64,000 bases of DNA from Octopus sinensis (Eukaryota): the NCBI RefSeq assembly GCF_006345805.1, contig NC_042998.1, positions 207,266,001-207,330,000 on the forward strand, written 5' to 3'. The notes below the pieces were generated by a model that ran no database searches, had not been told where the DNA came from, and saw only the letters and a program-made list of their open reading frames with translations. The number at the start of each line of letters is the position of its first letter. Position 1 is the first letter of the stretch. The position numbers and the translations under genes are program-made. This document shows positions 60,029 to 64,000 of the stretch, in pieces.

Positions 60029-60539
60029 GTTCCTCCATCTTTAAAGTATAATGTTGAGATTGATTTTCTGTTAGACTGCAAAAAAACCTTGCCACTTAAT
60101 TGCAGTCTGTTTTAAAATGTATACAGTTTACCTTGTACGACACGATGTAGCAATGGACGTATTTGAAGTAATCAAACATGGAAGTGGGCTGGCGTCCCAC
60201 TCAATACAACAACGGTTCTCACTCGCTTTTTTTGCCGTTGCTGCTGTCCGCATTATATTCATTCGATGCTGATTCAGTCTGGCATTAATACTTACAAACT
60301 ATTTACATCTCCAAGTGATGCTTTTGTTCTTTACTGTATATTTTTTGCAGTGTTAAAACAAATGTTTTGTTCTTCCTTTTTCTCCCTTTTCTCCTTTTTC
60401 TCTTCGTTTGCTAGAGAAGTTTTCATCTATTTTGTGTGTCACTTTACATTTTGATTGCAATAAAACAAGTTTTATGGCCGTGAAAGGCGCTCCATTGTTA
60501 TCATTAGTTAACGGTTTATCGAGTTCTATTTGACATTTT

Positions 60540-60564
60540 ATGCGTATATATATATATATATATA

Positions 60565-60614
<50 letters not shown>

Positions 60615-60665
60615 TGTGTGTGTGTGTGTGTGAATATAGACATAAATATACATATATATATAAAG

Positions 60666-60702
<37 letters not shown>

Positions 60703-60797
60703 ACACATACATATATTATGTATACGTATACATATACATATATATATGTGCATGTTTGTGTGAATGTGTGTGGTATATATATATAAGCAATATATAG

Positions 60798-60846
<49 letters not shown>

Positions 60847-61131
60847 TATATATATATATATCGTTATATATGTATATATATATGTACATATATATATAAA
60901 ATATATATATACAATATATTTATCTTTATATATATATGTGTCTGTATATATGTATATATATATACACACTCGCACAAACATGCACACACACACACATATA
61001 TAATATATATATACACAGACATACAATATATTACATATACATACATGTATGTGTGTGCACATGTGTGACTGTATGTTGTTATAAAATATTGATTTATGTA
61101 TGTTTTTGTAATATATATGTATATATATATG

Positions 61132-61178
<47 letters not shown>

Positions 61179-61410
61179 TCACACATTTCTATACACGCAT
61201 GTGTATATATATTTGTACACATACAGGCGCTCGCGCGCGCACACACACAAATTCGCACACACACACATCCACACACACACACACATCCACACCCACGCAC
61301 ACACTCACACACACATAGAGGCACCCTCACTCATACGATTCAATGTTTCATCTCGCCTCTTCATCAATTTTTCTGTACATTCATACACATACAAATATGT
61401 AAATCTAAAG

Positions 61411-61456
<46 letters not shown>

Positions 61457-61490
61457 AGGAGAGAAAGAGTGAGAGAGAGAGAGAGAGAGA
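60540..61490. repeat. (TA)n/(CA)n/(GA)n microsatellite field
   Basis: Direct reading. Confidence 0.95.
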
Positions 61491-61729
61491 ACAAGCTTCA
61501 TACTTGTATAACTTCCTATAATAATGCTGTTGGTAAAAATAATGGTTGGTACGGAATGATTTAATCATAAAATTTATATAACATTTACGATTGTATTCCT
61601 GTTAAAATCGACACGCTAAAGCCGACTCCTCCCCTCTCTCTCGATTCAAAGCCTTTTCCAGATCATCGTCATCATCATGATCATGATGAAGATAATGATC
61701 ATCATCATCTTCATTATTATTATTATTAT

Positions 61730-62219
61730 TGAGTGAGAGAGCAGTTCATGCCATCAAAGTGACACTGGGGTAAAATATACGAAGCCCAATATACCCATCA
61801 TGACTACCCGTCTGATAAGGGTACATCAGGCACATGCATCACAACCATATGTGCGCGACATGGTGATCTCATATCAAGATAAACAGCACATGACCTTGCA
61901 GGTGGGGCCCAGTTAGAATTTTCTTCATTTTGAGTAGCCCATCCCGCTCAAACGGTCCCTGAATAAGGGTTGTTTAAGGATGTTGAAAGAACCACCCTTG
62001 TTTCCAGAGGTGAATTATTCAAACCCCAAAGAATCCCTCTCAACACATGGCTATGATGCCCCCCCCACTACTTCTGCTCGTGATCAGAGATGCACATATC
62101 GTCAGCCACTAAGGGACATGCTCAACTGGTTAAGGTCAAACAACTGACAAGCAAATCTGTGGTATTGAGCAGAATATTTGCTGTAGCCCATCTTTTATAC
62201 CAAGACAAAACAATGTACA

Positions 62220-62273
<54 letters not shown>

Positions 62274-62830
62274 CATTGCGTAAGAGAAGAGTGCATGCCA
62301 TCAAAATGACACTTGGGGTAAAATATACGAAGCCCAGTATACCCATCATGACTACCCGTCTGATAAGGGTACACCAGGCACATGCATCACAACCATTTGT
62401 GCGAGACATGGTGATCTCATATCAAGATAAACAGCACATGACCTTGCAGGTGGGGCCCAGTTAGAACTTTCTTCTGGTAACCCATCCTGCTCAAAAGGTC
62501 CCTGAATAAGGGTTGTTTAAGGATGTTGAAAGAACCACCCTTGTTTCCAGAGGTGAATTATCCAAACCCCAAAGAATCCCTCTCAACACATGGTTATGAT
62601 ACTCCCCCACTACTTCTGCTCGTGGTCAGAGATGCACATATCATCAGCCACTAAGGAACATGCTCAACTGGTTAAGGTCAAACAACTGACAAGCAAATCT
62701 GTGGTATTGAGCAGAATATTTGCTGTAGCCCATCTTTTATACCAAGACAAAACAATGTACATGATAACACTTCCAATCAGTTAAGATCAGAAGTCATGAG
62801 AGCCACTGTCTGGTCCTGCATCAGGGCATT
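61730..62830. mobile_element. Tandem dimer of a 490-555-bp unclassified repeat embedded in (ATT)n
   Basis: 61730-62220 and 62276-62830 are colinear; (ATT)n left, between and right. Confidence 0.85.
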
Positions 62831-62859
62831 CATTATTATTATTATTATTATTAATGTTA

Positions 62860-62898
<39 letters not shown>

Positions 62899-63021
62899 TT
62901 GTTCTTCTTCTTCTTCTTCTCTTCTTCTTCTTCTTCTTCTTTCTTCTTCTTCTTCTTCTTCTTCTTCTTCTTCTTCTTCTCTTCTTCTTCTTCTTCTCCT
63001 TCTTCTTCTTCTTATCATGGT

Positions 63022-63245
63022 TAAGGCGGCGAGCTGGCAGAATCGTTAGCACACCAGGCCAAATGCTTAGCGGTAATTCGTCTGTTGCTACGTTTTAAGT
63101 TCAAATTACGCCAAGGTTGACTTTGCCTCTAATCCTTTGGGGGAGGGGGGGTCGATAAATTAAGTACCAGTTACATACTGGGGTCGATGTAATCGACTAA
63201 TCTCCTCCCTCCCAAATTTTCAGGGCCTTGTGCCTTTAGTAGAAA
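63022..63245 (+). mobile_element. SINE family C variant
   Basis: AAGGCGGCGAGCTGGCAGAATCGTTAGC head; tail GGGCCTTGTGCC..GTAGAAAAGATT. Confidence 0.8.
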
Positions 63246-64000
63246 AGATTATTATTATGGTATGTCTTAGGTTCTGTCTCATTCCTGGTAGTATTTATGT
63301 GGATAGCGGGTTACTACCTCTAACCGTAGGCATCCACAAACTTTCAGAAGTTTTTCAAGTGTTTAGAACCCTCCTGATGATACTTGCTATCCTTAAGAGA
63401 CAAACCTTCTGTAGGAGCTCAACTGGGCATTGTATTCCAATCTGCTTCAGTCATTTGTCTATATCTTGGCTTATTGTTCCCAACGCACCAAGTATAGGCA
63501 CCACCTTTACCATTCGCATGCTCCAAATTCTTCCTATTTCAAATTCTAAGGGGTTGCAATTTTGTTTTTGTTTTCTTCCCCTTCCTTTACGATCCTGGAA
63601 TCAAACGGGCATGATGGGTCGATAAGTAAGCAACTTCGCTATTCCTTGGCACGATCAGTTTGTAAAAGTTTTACACTGGAAACTGTGCCAGAAATGGAGA
63701 TTTGAAGCCGGAAACATGGTTCAATCATCGAGTCCAAAGAATACAGGAATCGGAGAAATATAAGATTTTGTGGGACTTTCCTATTCAAACCGACAAGAAG
63801 ATAGAAAATAATAGACCAGACAAGTCAGTTATAGATATAAAAGCGAATTTGGTGACTTATCGACCCATCATGTCCATTTGATTTCAGGATCGTAAAGAAA
63901 GAGGAAGAAAATTCTAATCTCTTAAAATTTGAAATAGGGAGAATTTGGAGCATGTGAATAGTAAAGGTTGTGCCTATAATAATTGGTGCGTTGGAGAGAG
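63246..64000. mobile_element. Two R4/Dong-like 3' fragments joined head-to-head (minus 63246-63645, plus 63646-64000)
   Basis: Plus part HDQFVKVLHWKLCQKW..ILWDFPIQTDKKIENNRPD..VVPIIIGAL; minus part parallels 29441-29830. Confidence 0.8.

Overview
AT-rich, microsatellite-dense animal genomic DNA made almost entirely of interspersed repeats. The SINE families look like those of a cephalopod, probably octopus; this is inferred from recalled repeat sequences, not from a database search. No prokaryotic features (operons, CRISPR, rRNA) and no credible tRNA genes were seen. The window holds dozens of tRNA-derived SINEs in at least five families, many nested or in tandem. It also holds a near full-length CR1-type LINE (45.4-50.1 kb) whose ORF1 has a Myb/SANT-like N-terminus and two CCCH fingers, and whose ORF2 is broken only by 1-bp deletions in base runs. 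Other mobile content: remnants of two Penelope-like elements with GIY-YIG domains, about a dozen hammerhead or hammerhead-like motifs (two with a fully canonical core and all stems), R4/Dong-like, HERO-like and RTE LINE fragments, mariner, DD41D and DD36E Tc1/mariner remnants, a pogo/Tigger-like MITE holding a 30-bp higher-order minisatellite, and a foldback element. A few candidate + strand exons of an unidentified host gene lie at 3-9 kb. The most notable signals are a ~350-bp hammerhead-bearing unit present as two circularly permuted relatives (30.7 and 56.8 kb; retrozyme-like) and the CR1 ORF1 architecture. Most ORFs in the supplied track are microsatellite artefacts.
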